64,000 nucleotides of DNA from Thermoplasmatota archaeon. GTDB lineage: Archaea; Thermoplasmatota; Thermoplasmata; UBA10834. A program made the position numbers and the translations under genes. Positions 17,773 through 27,537 of the stretch are shown here, in pieces; within the stretch, counting starts at the first letter, position 1; every line of letters starts with the position of its first letter. The stretch is from NCBI GenBank assembly GCA_040751795.1, contig JBFMHR010000001.1, positions 384,001-448,000 of the forward strand, written 5' to 3'. The notes beneath the pieces were generated by a model. The model saw nothing but the letters and a program-made list of their open reading frames with translations. It had not been told where the DNA came from and made no database searches.

Positions 17773-19781
17773 GCAGTTTCGAAGATGCGTCCAGACGGTT
17801 TCATTCTGAGATAAGCTCTAGATCACTCGGATTGAGTCTCCTGAAGGAACACCAGTTCGTGGAGGATGTCGGCGAGATCTTGGTCGACGCCGGAGAAATC
17901 GAGGACTGCACAAGGTGCTCATATCAGGCCAGAGGCATCAAGGTGGACGGATACTACTACGATGCGGAATTTGGCCAGCTGACCCTAGTCGTTGCTCTGT
18001 GGAAGGACGAGGTAGAAGAGGGAAAGTCCAAGGTGACGAAGACCGAGGTCGATGACACCTTCCATCGATGCCTGAACTTCATCCGGAGGAGTTTCACAAG
18101 CCTATCGGACAAGATTGACATCTCCAACGAGGCACACGACCTGGCAAGCCTAGTCCGGGAATGTCGAGACGAGATTGTTGACGTAACGATAATCATGATC
18201 ACCGATGGGATAACGGAGAGAAGACCTGCGGAGTACGAAACCATCGACGATCTAGATGTCAAGAAGATCATCTGGGACATGAAGAGGATCCTCGACTTCG
18301 TTGAGACAGGAGAAAGGGAGATCATTTCTGTTGATTTCGGAGACCAGGGGAAGATACCCTGCCTCTACGAGACAAACGGCGGTGGAGTCTACACCTCATA
18401 TCTCGCATTTCTACCCGGTGATCAGCTGGCGGATCTCTACTCGCGCTGGGGAACGAGACTCTTGGAAATGAATGTCCGGGTGTTCCTGTCGGCGAGGGGA
18501 AAAGTGAACAAAGGAATCCGTGAAACCATACTGACCAGCCCCAACATGTTCTGCGCGTACAACAATGGCATAACAGTGTTTGCCAGGGAAGTGCAATTTG
18601 TCAAAGAGAACGGTCACGCGGGACACATACTAAGAGCCACAGACTTCCAGATTGTCAATGGGGGTCAGACGGTTGCGTCCCTCTATCATGCCAAGAGGAA
18701 GCAGAAGGCCGACCTGTCCAAGATCCTTGTGCCGATGAAACTCATAAGCATAAGCCACGAGGAGGATATCAGCACACTCGTCCCGCGAATAAGCGAGTAC
18801 TCCAACACTCAGAACAAGGTCTCGCTCTCGGATCTCGCCGCGAATGATGAACCTCATCCCGAACTCCACGAACTCTCAAAGCGGCTGCAGGCACCGGACC
18901 CCACCGGCGGTTCGATCATTACGTATTGGTTCTACGAGAAGGCAAGAGGAAGCTACGAGGAAACGAGGCGACTTGACGCAAAGACATCCGCCAAGGAGAG
19001 GGCATTTGACGCCCTCTACCCCAAGAACCAGAGATTCGACAAGGGATTGTTTGGCAAGGTATGGAACACATATCTTCGAAAACCGTACATCGTATCACTC
19101 GGTGCGCAGAAGAACTTCGCTGAATTCAATTCCTGGCTGAAGGAACAGCAGCACGAACTCGAACCATTCTTCAGACAGACCGTCGCCCTCCTGATACTCT
19201 GGAGGGATGTCGAGAGACTGGTCAGGAAACAGGGATTCGACGGATACAGACACAATATCGTCACATACACACTAGCATGGCTCTTCGAGCTCACCCAATC
19301 CCGAATCGATCTTGAGAAGATATGGCGCGAGCAGAAGTCCGGAGAAGGTATACTATCAGCGACAGAGGAGATGTGTCAGATCGTGAACGCGCATATAAGA
19401 GACACCTCCCAGAACGTGACCGAATGGTGCAAGAAGGAGGAATGCTGGAAGACGCTTCTTGAGAAGGAATGTTCTCTGCCCCAGGACCTAGAATCGAGCC
19501 TACTGGGGCACGATGCCGCTGCTCCAAGGTATGATCCGAGAACCAGGGATGAACGCGAGGCAATCGAATTCTGCCAGGACAAAGGATCACAGGCGTGGTA
19601 TGACTTGGCGTCTTGGCTGAAGGATCACAATTTCCTGACAGGGAAGGCGAGAAGCCAATGCTTCAACATGGGTAGATTCCTCCAGCGAGAGAAGATTCCA
19701 TCACAGGCTCTCTCCTACGCATGCAGGAGAATCTGGCAGGATGCATCTCTTCGCGGATGGAAATGGACCGGCGACACTTGA
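17769..19781 (+). CDS. AIPR family protein
   Basis: LLEMNVRVFL...VNKGI...FCAYNNGIT...QIVNGGQT...NTQNKV motifs; ATGA overlap with the upstream gene. Confidence 0.92.
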   Translation: MSSFEDASRRFHSEISSRSLGLSLLKEHQFVEDVGEILVDAGEIEDCTRCSYQARGIKVDGYYYDAEFGQLTLVVALWKDEVEEGKSKVTKTEVDDTFHRCLNFIRRSFTSLSDKIDISNEAHDLASLVRECRDEIVDVTIIMITDGITERRPAEYETIDDLDVKKIIWDMKRILDFVETGEREIISVDFGDQGKIPCLYETNGGGVYTSYLAFLPGDQLADLYSRWGTRLLEMNVRVFLSARGKVNKGIRETILTSPNMFCAYNNGITVFAREVQFVKENGHAGHILRATDFQIVNGGQTVASLYHAKRKQKADLSKILVPMKLISISHEEDISTLVPRISEYSNTQNKVSLSDLAANDEPHPELHELSKRLQAPDPTGGSIITYWFYEKARGSYEETRRLDAKTSAKERAFDALYPKNQRFDKGLFGKVWNTYLRKPYIVSLGAQKNFAEFNSWLKEQQHELEPFFRQTVALLILWRDVERLVRKQGFDGYRHNIVTYTLAWLFELTQSRIDLEKIWREQKSGEGILSATEEMCQIVNAHIRDTSQNVTEWCKKEECWKTLLEKECSLPQDLESSLLGHDAAAPRYDPRTRDEREAIEFCQDKGSQAWYDLASWLKDHNFLTGKARSQCFNMGRFLQREKIPSQALSYACRRIWQDASLRGWKWTGDT

Positions 19782-20105
19782 CCCGCGAGAGACTCAGTCT
19801 GTGCAGCAATTGCGCCATCATCCCATGTGCTGTGGGAGATACAGCATCGTATGACATCACCACCTCCCAGTCTGACTGCAGAATCCAGCCAAAATCTTGG
19901 TACAGTCAATGGCAAAGGCAGAGCAGACCCTGTCCTGATCCGATAACGGATCCAAGGGATGAATGGGTTCTCAGACTTGCATCAGAACTCTCCACTGCTA
20001 CATTGCCATCAGCCACCAACAAGATATCCACATACACATGACTGAAGCCTGCATGTAATCGGATGGGAATATCAATCAGTCCGCGTGTAAGGTATCTGTG
20101 TGAGA

Positions 20106-20306
20106 ATGCCCCGATACGTAAGTATCTTGGTCAACAATGGTACCGTAGAAGACGTGTCCATGTTCGAACACTCGAGGGATGCATATGCATGGATGACCAC
20201 TTTGAGGGAGCTGTTTGGCCTGAACAACACCTCATCCTCGTTGATATGGGATACTATGCATCAGATCCCAGTTCAAGCGCTGAAGAACAGCAATGAAGAA
20301 TGCTAG
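20106..20306 (+). CDS. Small hypothetical protein
   Basis: MPRYVSILVNNGTVEDVSMF...; plausible beta-beta-alpha-beta pattern, no family recognised. Confidence 0.4.
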   Translation: MPRYVSILVNNGTVEDVSMFEHSRDAYAWMTTLRELFGLNNTSSSLIWDTMHQIPVQALKNSNEEC

Positions 20307-20380
20307 GCGATGGACAATAATCATCAAGTGCGTCCATTAGAGCACGGATTCAATCTCGACTTGGACAGGTTCAGTTGGTC

Positions 20381-20535
20381 ACATCCATCGATTCTGGATC
20401 ATGCAAGTCGTCCTCTGTGTCTATCCACGAGGTGGACATTACCGCCTTCATACACTAGTCAGAAGCACCCGATATGTATCCTTGACAAGATCAACGAACT
20501 CGTCCTTCGACCTCTTCGCCGCGGAATCATAAGAA
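20381..20535 (-). pseudogene. Degenerate copy of the 3' end of the DUF2075 gene
   Basis: The minus strand reads KRSKDEFVDLVKDTYRVLLTS../MK../..VDR....*SRIDGC with frameshifts and a stop, versus KRSRERFTDLVKNTYRVLLTRGMKGCYVCFLDRDTERFVKSRIDGC in the intact gene. ACATCCATCGATTC is identical at 20381 and 25666. Confidence 0.85.
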
Positions 20536-20623
20536 CAGAAGATGCAGCTCGCATCCGAACACGCTAGTAAGATTGCTGCCTGATGAATCCCTTAAATGAG
20601 CTGAACACCACGCGATCTAGCAC

Positions 20624-21325
20624 CTAGATTAGGCTGAATGCTCTCTCGAACAGTTCCTCTCCGTAGTTGCGAATATTCGCACACGAAGGGAATATGCTAT
20701 ATACGATCCGATATTCGCGCGCACTGGCCTTGATTCTCTCTTGAGTGCCCGCCAAGTCGACCACAGACTTGCCACCTCCGATATTTCTGAATCCTTCGGC
20801 TTGCCTCAGCCCCGCTAGTGCCAGCCTTCCAAGGAGGATTATCGTTCGCGGGGACAACGCATTCACTTCTTCACCCAACAGCTCCCGGCCACTGAAGAGT
20901 GCCAACGACTTTGGAGCTCTCACGCTTGCCCTCTTCCTACACTTGATTACATCAGTAAGGAATCGATTCTCTCTCTTGAATGCCGTTAGCTTGCTGCTCT
21001 TAGGCATTCGTACATCGATAGAGAGCAGTTTGAAGATGTTGTCGCTAACTCTTCCAGTGCCGGGGAAATCCACGTCGTAGAAGTAGCCGTTCTCGGGTGG
21101 TGATTCCGCGATGAATAGCTCATCAACTCTGTCTGGCATCCATTCATCGTATACCTTGAACTCCTCGAATGGAAAGTTGTCTGTAATCATCCTTACTTCG
21201 GCTCTTGGATGCTTCGCAAAGAAATCCTGATATAAGCCGCGAATTCTCACAGAATCGACAGACCGCTTGACATCTGAGCCGCACATACCTACTGCTCCGA
21301 ATAATCTGGGTTGCACGAATTTCAA
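20624..21325 (-). CDS. Uracil-DNA-glycosylase-superfamily protein, non-canonical
   Basis: LFIAESPP (motif A-like), FLTDVIKC, IILLGRLA, and IFPS where HPS is usual; TTG start overlaps the GmrSD stop codon. Confidence 0.7.
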   Translation of the reverse strand: MKFVQPRLFGAVGMCGSDVKRSVDSVRIRGLYQDFFAKHPRAEVRMITDNFPFEEFKVYDEWMPDRVDELFIAESPPENGYFYDVDFPGTGRVSDNIFKLLSIDVRMPKSSKLTAFKRENRFLTDVIKCRKRASVRAPKSLALFSGRELLGEEVNALSPRTIILLGRLALAGLRQAEGFRNIGGGKSVVDLAGTQERIKASAREYRIVYSIFPSCANIRNYGEELFERAFSLI

Positions 21326-23127
21326 GCACCAAGGGATGACTGGACTATGATTGGCTCATGACCGAAGACAACGAAGTCCGCAAGCACCCGCATTCTTGCA
21401 GCTCTAGCAATTACAGAGTGTGCATCCCACGCAACACCTTCTGGCATCGATGCATAGTTCAGTACTCTAATAGCTTTGTCGAACCGAGTGTTCAGTGTAC
21501 CAGTTTCCGCAATGTCTGCAGCAATTGACTTCGTTAATCGACAACTGCAGTTCTTGTAGATGCTTCGTTTCGCATCAAACTCTTGTGTCCCAGCAGACGT
21601 ATTCTCGGAGTTCGACAGAAGGGCTAGATTGCCAAATGAAGCAGCGAGATCATCATACTCATTCTCAGGAATGTGATTCCATCCTGATACACGTTCCTGA
21701 GGGGCTATATGCTCGAGTGTGTATCTTGAATAGTCATTGCCATCGAGGGCATGTGCCATCTTCTGAAGAATATGGGCAATCTTCCGCTCGTCACTCTTGG
21801 TCTCGCAGATGAATGACTCAAGCGCGTTGAGGGTAAGCTCCCTACGTTTCTCAACTTCATCATTCAGCTCCTCAACTATTCTCTTGAGGTCATCCACACT
21901 ATCTCTGCCACTGGAAATCCTCCCCGCAACTCGGGTGAAGAGATCCTCGAATTCGTTGGTACGAAGTTTGAGAATGGCTTGTTCAATGGCCAGTCGAGCC
22001 ATGTTCTCACTTATCTGATCGGAGATCTCCTTCTCAGTTCTCCTAATGTCCTCGCTAATCCTACCAGATGCCATCAAGACAACGTATGCCTGTCTGAAAT
22101 TCATGGCGTTTATTGTCTCTAGGTGGGAGAGTTTGGCCTCGTTGGCATACAGTCGGGCGTAGAGGTCCGATGCTTCCTGCAACTCCGTCATGCACAGTCC
22201 GACCTTCTCCTCGTCGGCACTCTCGTACTTCTCTTCGAACCAATCGTAGATCTCGTCCTTTGACTTGTACACACCGATAGACATCAGGTAGTGTTTCAGG
22301 AAGGTGGGGATTGCGACTATGTACTTCCTACGGGAGATAAGTCGGTCTATGATCTTGTTCCACTCGTCTTCATAGGATACCACCCGTTCTTCGACGACTC
22401 TGCTAAGGAGAAGTGCCTTAATTAGATCCTCTGGCTCTAGAGCGACTCCTCTTGAATTCAACGTCATGAAAACCCTGAAGGCGGACCTCTTGTCATTGGC
22501 CTCAGTGAATGCTGTGTATACGCAGTTGTACACGTACTCCATGTATTGATCCAACTTTCCTTCGCCATCGAGTCGGGCAACAAACCTATCGGCCCAGATC
22601 TTTGCATCAAGCATACTCTTCTCGAAAGGGTTCTCAGGCTTCATATCAGACCCGTCAGTGCCTCGGAGTATTGCCTCAAAGAACTTCTTGTCCTTGTCGT
22701 TTGATTCCAGAAAGAACTCGTCAACATACTGGACCGCAGCCTGAGATTGTCGGGCCTTCTTTGTCGAGAGCCGCCCTTGATGGTAACGCTCTCGAGTGTC
22801 ATCTCCCTTTATTCTGTACAGATCTCTCACAGCGGTGATTAGGAGAACGAACGTGGTCAATCTCTGCTGACCGTCAATCACAAGGAGTCTTCTTCTGTCC
22901 TTATCCTTCGCAAAGACCATTGCGCCGATGAAGTAGTTCGATGATGCGTCCTTCGCGAAATTCTCCTCAATATCCTCGAATAGAGAATTGACATCGTCCT
23001 CTTCCCATACGTACCTCCTCTGGAGAATGGGTATCTTGTAGAGCTTTTGACTCGTGGCGAATATTGTGCCAACATTTGTGGCACTCGACTCAAACTGCCT
23101 GACGTCCTCTGTCCGATACTCTGGCAT
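21322..23127 (-). CDS. GmrSD/SspE-like nuclease (DUF262 + DUF1524 HNH)
   Basis: IPILQRRYVW, VIDGQQRLTT and FMTLNSRG in the DUF262 part; LEHIAPQ...FGNLALL...N in the HNH part. Confidence 0.9.
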   Translation of the reverse strand: MPEYRTEDVRQFESSATNVGTIFATSQKLYKIPILQRRYVWEEDDVNSLFEDIEENFAKDASSNYFIGAMVFAKDKDRRRLLVIDGQQRLTTFVLLITAVRDLYRIKGDDTRERYHQGRLSTKKARQSQAAVQYVDEFFLESNDKDKKFFEAILRGTDGSDMKPENPFEKSMLDAKIWADRFVARLDGEGKLDQYMEYVYNCVYTAFTEANDKRSAFRVFMTLNSRGVALEPEDLIKALLLSRVVEERVVSYEDEWNKIIDRLISRRKYIVAIPTFLKHYLMSIGVYKSKDEIYDWFEEKYESADEEKVGLCMTELQEASDLYARLYANEAKLSHLETINAMNFRQAYVVLMASGRISEDIRRTEKEISDQISENMARLAIEQAILKLRTNEFEDLFTRVAGRISSGRDSVDDLKRIVEELNDEVEKRRELTLNALESFICETKSDERKIAHILQKMAHALDGNDYSRYTLEHIAPQERVSGWNHIPENEYDDLAASFGNLALLSNSENTSAGTQEFDAKRSIYKNCSCRLTKSIAADIAETGTLNTRFDKAIRVLNYASMPEGVAWDAHSVIARAARMRVLADFVVFGHEPIIVQSSLGA

Positions 23128-23435
23128 AGATTCCCCTCTGTTGACCCTCGCTCGAGATCAGTGGACTGCGACATACCTCACAATTGCAGATCCTCAACAA
23201 TTGAGAACGGCGAATCCACCAGCAGGAGGATTATCAGGATTCCCCGATCTATACCTTTCGATCAGTTACTCGTCTGAGGAGAAGGACGAAGAATCGGGCG
23301 AGATCGAATCACCACCCATTGATTGTGCTGACGATCCAGCCAAGAGCGAGATCATCAGACCTTCTACACCTATGGGCCTAACAGAAAGGATTGTGTACAA
23401 CCAGGAATATGAGGTGACGCACAGATCGAGGGGGA

Positions 23436-24443
23436 ATGTGGGTGACCCTTGAGTTCTATAACGAAGACATCGGACTGACACCAAACGAGAGAAAGCAGCT
23501 TCGGCGAATTAAGGCGAAGCTCACAGAGTCACTCGGAGACGCTCAGGAAAGATACTGTCTCATCGTAGATCTGATAATAGGACCGATCCAATACGACCTT
23601 GTCATGGTGAAGGGCAACGCCATCGCATCGATTGAGCTCAAGGGGTATCGTGGGAACGTGAGGGGAAGAGAGAACGGACGATGGAAGGTCGAGGGACCCG
23701 ACGGAGCCATCGTTGAACTCAACCAAGACAAGAACCCGTTCGCACAGGCGAGAGATCAGAGATACCGTCTGATGGGATATCTAAACGAGAGACTGCCAAG
23801 ACTGTCGAAACGATTTGATGGCACCCCTATACGGAATCTGTCTGCAATAGTGTGCTTCGAAGAGGGCAGCGTCTTCGACCCGTCCCAAATTGAACACAGA
23901 CTCTATCCGTGGTTCGAGGTGACTGACGAAGGAAACCTGGTGGATGCTCTCAGAGCGGTCTCGTCGCGGGAATTCGCCCTGAGGGATTCTGAGATTGATG
24001 CGTTGCTTGAAGAGTTGGGTGTTCTCCAACTGGATCAGGAAGATGTCAATCAGAGTCTAGTGGATGATAGCCCGCAACTCTGGAAGCCTCCCGCCGACGA
24101 CACCGTCATCACTCTAGATGAAGACGAGGACAGAGATGGGGCGACCGGAGACGGAAGATCAGACATAGGCATCAGCAACCTAGATCACCTCACGAGCAGG
24201 CATATCGAATCTGCTCTGGCGACGATCGACCGAACGGCCTGGCCATCCAAGCATGATTCGAAAACCTGGGATCTCGTCGCGCAGGGGAAGAGATATCCGC
24301 CAAAGTATGTCCTGTTCATCTCTAATCAGATTGCGGGTGGCCCGCCCATCAAATTCACAGCTCATAAGGCGAACAGGCATCTGACTAGACTTGGATACAC
24401 AATCGTACGCAAGCATACTGGAGAACCCTGGGCCAGGCGGTGA
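23436..24443 (+). CDS. NERD-domain nuclease with C-terminal ScoMcrA-head-like domain
   Basis: QYDLVMV...IELKGYRG...W...NPFAQA (NERD); C-terminal LTSRHIESAL...WDLVAQGKRYPPKYV...L.RLGYTIV. Confidence 0.75.
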   Translation: MWVTLEFYNEDIGLTPNERKQLRRIKAKLTESLGDAQERYCLIVDLIIGPIQYDLVMVKGNAIASIELKGYRGNVRGRENGRWKVEGPDGAIVELNQDKNPFAQARDQRYRLMGYLNERLPRLSKRFDGTPIRNLSAIVCFEEGSVFDPSQIEHRLYPWFEVTDEGNLVDALRAVSSREFALRDSEIDALLEELGVLQLDQEDVNQSLVDDSPQLWKPPADDTVITLDEDEDRDGATGDGRSDIGISNLDHLTSRHIESALATIDRTAWPSKHDSKTWDLVAQGKRYPPKYVLFISNQIAGGPPIKFTAHKANRHLTRLGYTIVRKHTGEPWARR

Positions 24444-25573
24444 CAGTCGGAGGGACAATGGCGCGAAGCAACGAAGACCACGTCATAATAGGCGAGGATC
24501 ATCGGGTATTGCTGGATATACTGAAGGCTGGCCCGACTTTCGACTTCGAGCTATATACGAGATTCGGAGATGAGCTGGTTTCCCTCTTGAGAGATCTCAG
24601 GACGAATGAACATCCAATTCATTCCCTGGGCGCATGCGACAAATCGCATCCCTGCGCAAGAATTCACTACTTTGACAAGCCCGGAGCCGAGCTTGCCATG
24701 TGTATCACGTGCAAGAGCAGTGAGAAGGAAAGGGGGCCATTCTGCTCCGAGAGCTGCCAGCTTCGATGGGAAGAAGAACGGCTCTCGGAACTGTCTTCAG
24801 GAGACATTCTAACACGGATCGAACGGGAGAGGAGACTTGCCAAAGCTCCCGAGAGATACCGGGTAGCATCCAGCGATGCCCAGGAATCTGTGCCCTATTC
24901 TCACCGACCTCGGGGCATCGGTTCGGAACGCCTCTCGACAACAATTCCGCCGCACCTGATCGGTCATCTTGCCAAGAAAGCGGCAATAAGGGGTTCGATT
25001 CCAAGACGCCAGATATCAGTGATGGTAAGAGTAGCAGAACAGCTCTACAATGGCGTGTGGGTGTCCGAGGGTGAACTGAGAGATCTTGACCTTGCACTGG
25101 CGCAATGCCTAGACACGAACACCGTCGAAGCGGAATGTCACGACCGCAATTGTGGGATGTGTAGACTACTCGTGAGTGATCTTGACCATCTAAACCGCTT
25201 GAGGAATCGCATGATTAGTGTCCCTCCGGTTGGCATTAAAAGCGCAAAGACTTCTGAGCCTCCGCAGACTGAATCTAGACCCCTAGAAGGTTCATCACTC
25301 TTTCCTCCGCTGCCGATTCAAGAGAAGAATGCGGATCCAGATGGTCATTGGACAGAACGTGATAAGGGACTAACGATGAGTCGCGACGAATCTATTCTTG
25401 AGCATGATATAGGTCACGCAACATCAACTATCACTGAGGGAATGGCCCGCAACAGCGGCGTCGAGGGTGACTTCTCGGGAGGATGCGATTCCAGTCTCAG
25501 AGTGAAGAGGTCTATCCCATCGCGTATCCGGGCATTCCTAGAGAGAACCTACCGTTGGGCGAAATCGCTGTAA
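24440..25573 (+). CDS. Hypothetical protein with several Cys/His zinc-binding motifs
   Basis: CDKSHPC, CITC...FCSESC and CHDRNCGMC motifs; GTGA overlap with the NERD gene. Confidence 0.55.
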   Translation: MTVGGTMARSNEDHVIIGEDHRVLLDILKAGPTFDFELYTRFGDELVSLLRDLRTNEHPIHSLGACDKSHPCARIHYFDKPGAELAMCITCKSSEKERGPFCSESCQLRWEEERLSELSSGDILTRIERERRLAKAPERYRVASSDAQESVPYSHRPRGIGSERLSTTIPPHLIGHLAKKAAIRGSIPRRQISVMVRVAEQLYNGVWVSEGELRDLDLALAQCLDTNTVEAECHDRNCGMCRLLVSDLDHLNRLRNRMISVPPVGIKSAKTSEPPQTESRPLEGSSLFPPLPIQEKNADPDGHWTERDKGLTMSRDESILEHDIGHATSTITEGMARNSGVEGDFSGGCDSSLRVKRSIPSRIRAFLERTYRWAKSL

Positions 25574-25602
25574 TCTCCAATTGATGCTACCTGCACTCTT
25601 CC

Positions 25603-27537
25603 TCACTCGCCCCACTCATGATGTTGGTCTCCATGTTCGATTCTAGGATCGTCGATTCTAAGGGGACATCCATCGATTCGCGACTTCACGAACCGTTCCG
25701 TATCTCGGTCAAGGAAGCAGACATAGCACCCTTTCATGCCTCTAGTTAGAAGGACGCGATACGTGTTCTTCACAAGGTCAGTGAACCGCTCTCTCGACCG
25801 CTTCACCACCTTATCGTGACTGTACTCGCTCTGGCCGCGCCACCCCTGCGCATCCAGGTCGTACACGAGGTCCTCCCCGAATATGACACCCCCATAGTCG
25901 AACTCGAACCCCTGGGCGGTGTAGACGCACCCGACCTGACGAATCCCGTTGGGGTCGTACGCCCAAGTCATAGCCTTCGGAATACCCTTGGCGAGCCTCC
26001 TCGCCTCTGGTCTGGCGTTCCAGGGGCGCCTGTAGTCCCCGACCACTACGTCGTCGACGAGAGTCCCGTCCGGCCTGGGGTCAGACCAAGGCCAGCAAAA
26101 ACCCGCCACCATCCTGCCCGTGTGTCCTTCGGCCACCCTCTCTAGGACCGCCCGCTCGACCTCCTCGGGGCCCTTCATTATCCTGAAGTCGAACTCCTCC
26201 CTCGGGTTCCAGAGCGCGTTCGCCGTCCTCTGCACCCCGAGGGTATTGTTGACCCATCCGACGAACGCCTCCGACCCAGCGCACCTGAACTGCGTCTCGA
26301 GCTCGTACTCGAACACGCTGCACCCCAGCCTGCCCGCGCAGTTCCTGATGTACTCGGTCGAGCCGATCTCACCCGGCCTCACGACCTGGTGGTCGTCTAT
26401 GAAGAACACGCTGACCTTCGCCGCGCGCAGGAGCTCGTCGATCTGCGGGGCAGTCGACCGCTTCGCCCTCGCCGTGAACCTGCTGCTGCTGTTCTCCCTG
26501 ATCCTGTGCGCCTCGTCCGCCAGCAGGACGTCGATCGAGTTGTAGTCGGCCTCCGTGTAGCTGTTGAAGTACTTGAACTGGACCCCTCCCCTCGGCCCGA
26601 TGACCTTCCTGAGGGTCTCCGTGAACGCCCTCGAACCCGTGGCGTACTGCGCGTTGAACCCCTTCAGCAGGAGGTCGGCCATCAGGTTGATGGCGATGAC
26701 GGATTTCCCGGTGCCGGGGCCACCCCTCACTATCATGACTGACTTCTTCCGGTCGTGGAAACCGCCCTTCGCGCAGGCCAGGACCTTGTCGTAAACCACG
26801 AGCTGGTCGTCGAGGAGTATGTACTCAGGCTTGCCCTTGATGACGCTCCCGACGTGGTCCATCAGCTTCTTGCTGGGACGGCACTTGCTCTCCTCAACCC
26901 GCCGGAGGGTCTCGAGGCCGTGGCCTCCGCTCAACCATGACGTCAGGTAACCCTCAAGGCTGTCGACGTCGCTCATGGTGTACAGCGGGTTCCTCTCGAT
27001 GACGGCACTGAACTTCTCGGCGAGGATCGCATCATCCTCGACGGGGCTGTAGTTATGGAGGTACGTGCAGGCGTTGAGTCGGATGGGACTGCTGCCGTCG
27101 TAGAACGCCGTGTGGGTGTCCTCGAGGTAGTTCCTGTACTGGCCCACCTGCACCGAGGGGTGGAGCACCTCCCTCTCGGACCCGCCCACCCACGTGAGGA
27201 CCTCGTTCGCGCCGTCAGCGGGGGAACACCGGTCCCACTGCTTCAGTTCGACTATGACGGCGTTGTCACGGCCCGTCCCATCATGGCCGCATATCAGGCA
27301 GTCGAGCCTCCGGGAGGTGAGGGGAAGCTGGTACTCGACCATCACGCCGTGGTCCAAGAGGTCGGCGTGCTGGAAAACCATCGATATAGACCTGAGCGAG
27401 TTCCTCCACGAGTTGACCTCGCCGCCGGACGGGTTGTGACCGTACTGCTCGAAGAAAGACAGTCTGAGCTTCTCCGCTATCTGGTTCTGGTAGGTGTCCT
27501 CGATGAACTGCTCCGACGAGCCCGAGTAGAGCCTCAA
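25603..27537 (-). CDS. DUF2075 / Schlafen group-3-like nuclease-helicase
   Basis: N-terminal EYQLP..RRLD...ELKQW nuclease motif; GGPGTGKS, DEAHR, QFRCAGS, VYTAQGFEFDY and YRVLLTRG helicase motifs. Confidence 0.9.
   Translation of the reverse strand: MRLYSGSSEQFIEDTYQNQIAEKLRLSFFEQYGHNPSGGEVNSWRNSLRSISMVFQHADLLDHGVMVEYQLPLTSRRLDCLICGHDGTGRDNAVIVELKQWDRCSPADGANEVLTWVGGSEREVLHPSVQVGQYRNYLEDTHTAFYDGSSPIRLNACTYLHNYSPVEDDAILAEKFSAVIERNPLYTMSDVDSLEGYLTSWLSGGHGLETLRRVEESKCRPSKKLMDHVGSVIKGKPEYILLDDQLVVYDKVLACAKGGFHDRKKSVMIVRGGPGTGKSVIAINLMADLLLKGFNAQYATGSRAFTETLRKVIGPRGGVQFKYFNSYTEADYNSIDVLLADEAHRIRENSSSRFTARAKRSTAPQIDELLRAAKVSVFFIDDHQVVRPGEIGSTEYIRNCAGRLGCSVFEYELETQFRCAGSEAFVGWVNNTLGVQRTANALWNPREEFDFRIMKGPEEVERAVLERVAEGHTGRMVAGFCWPWSDPRPDGTLVDDVVVGDYRRPWNARPEARRLAKGIPKAMTWAYDPNGIRQVGCVYTAQGFEFDYGGVIFGEDLVYDLDAQGWRGQSEYSHDKVVKRSRERFTDLVKNTYRVLLTRGMKGCYVCFLDRDTERFVKSRIDGCPLRIDDPRIEHGDQHHEWGE

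Noticed and set aside
19721-20041. 106-aa ORF after AIPR as a sixth operon gene (e.g. vsr)
   Set aside because: It overlaps the AIPR end, lacks Vsr motifs (no FxHGCFWH) and has non-protein-like composition.
20310-20567. 85-aa plus-strand ORF
   Set aside because: It is antisense to the DUF2075 relic, which explains the region better.
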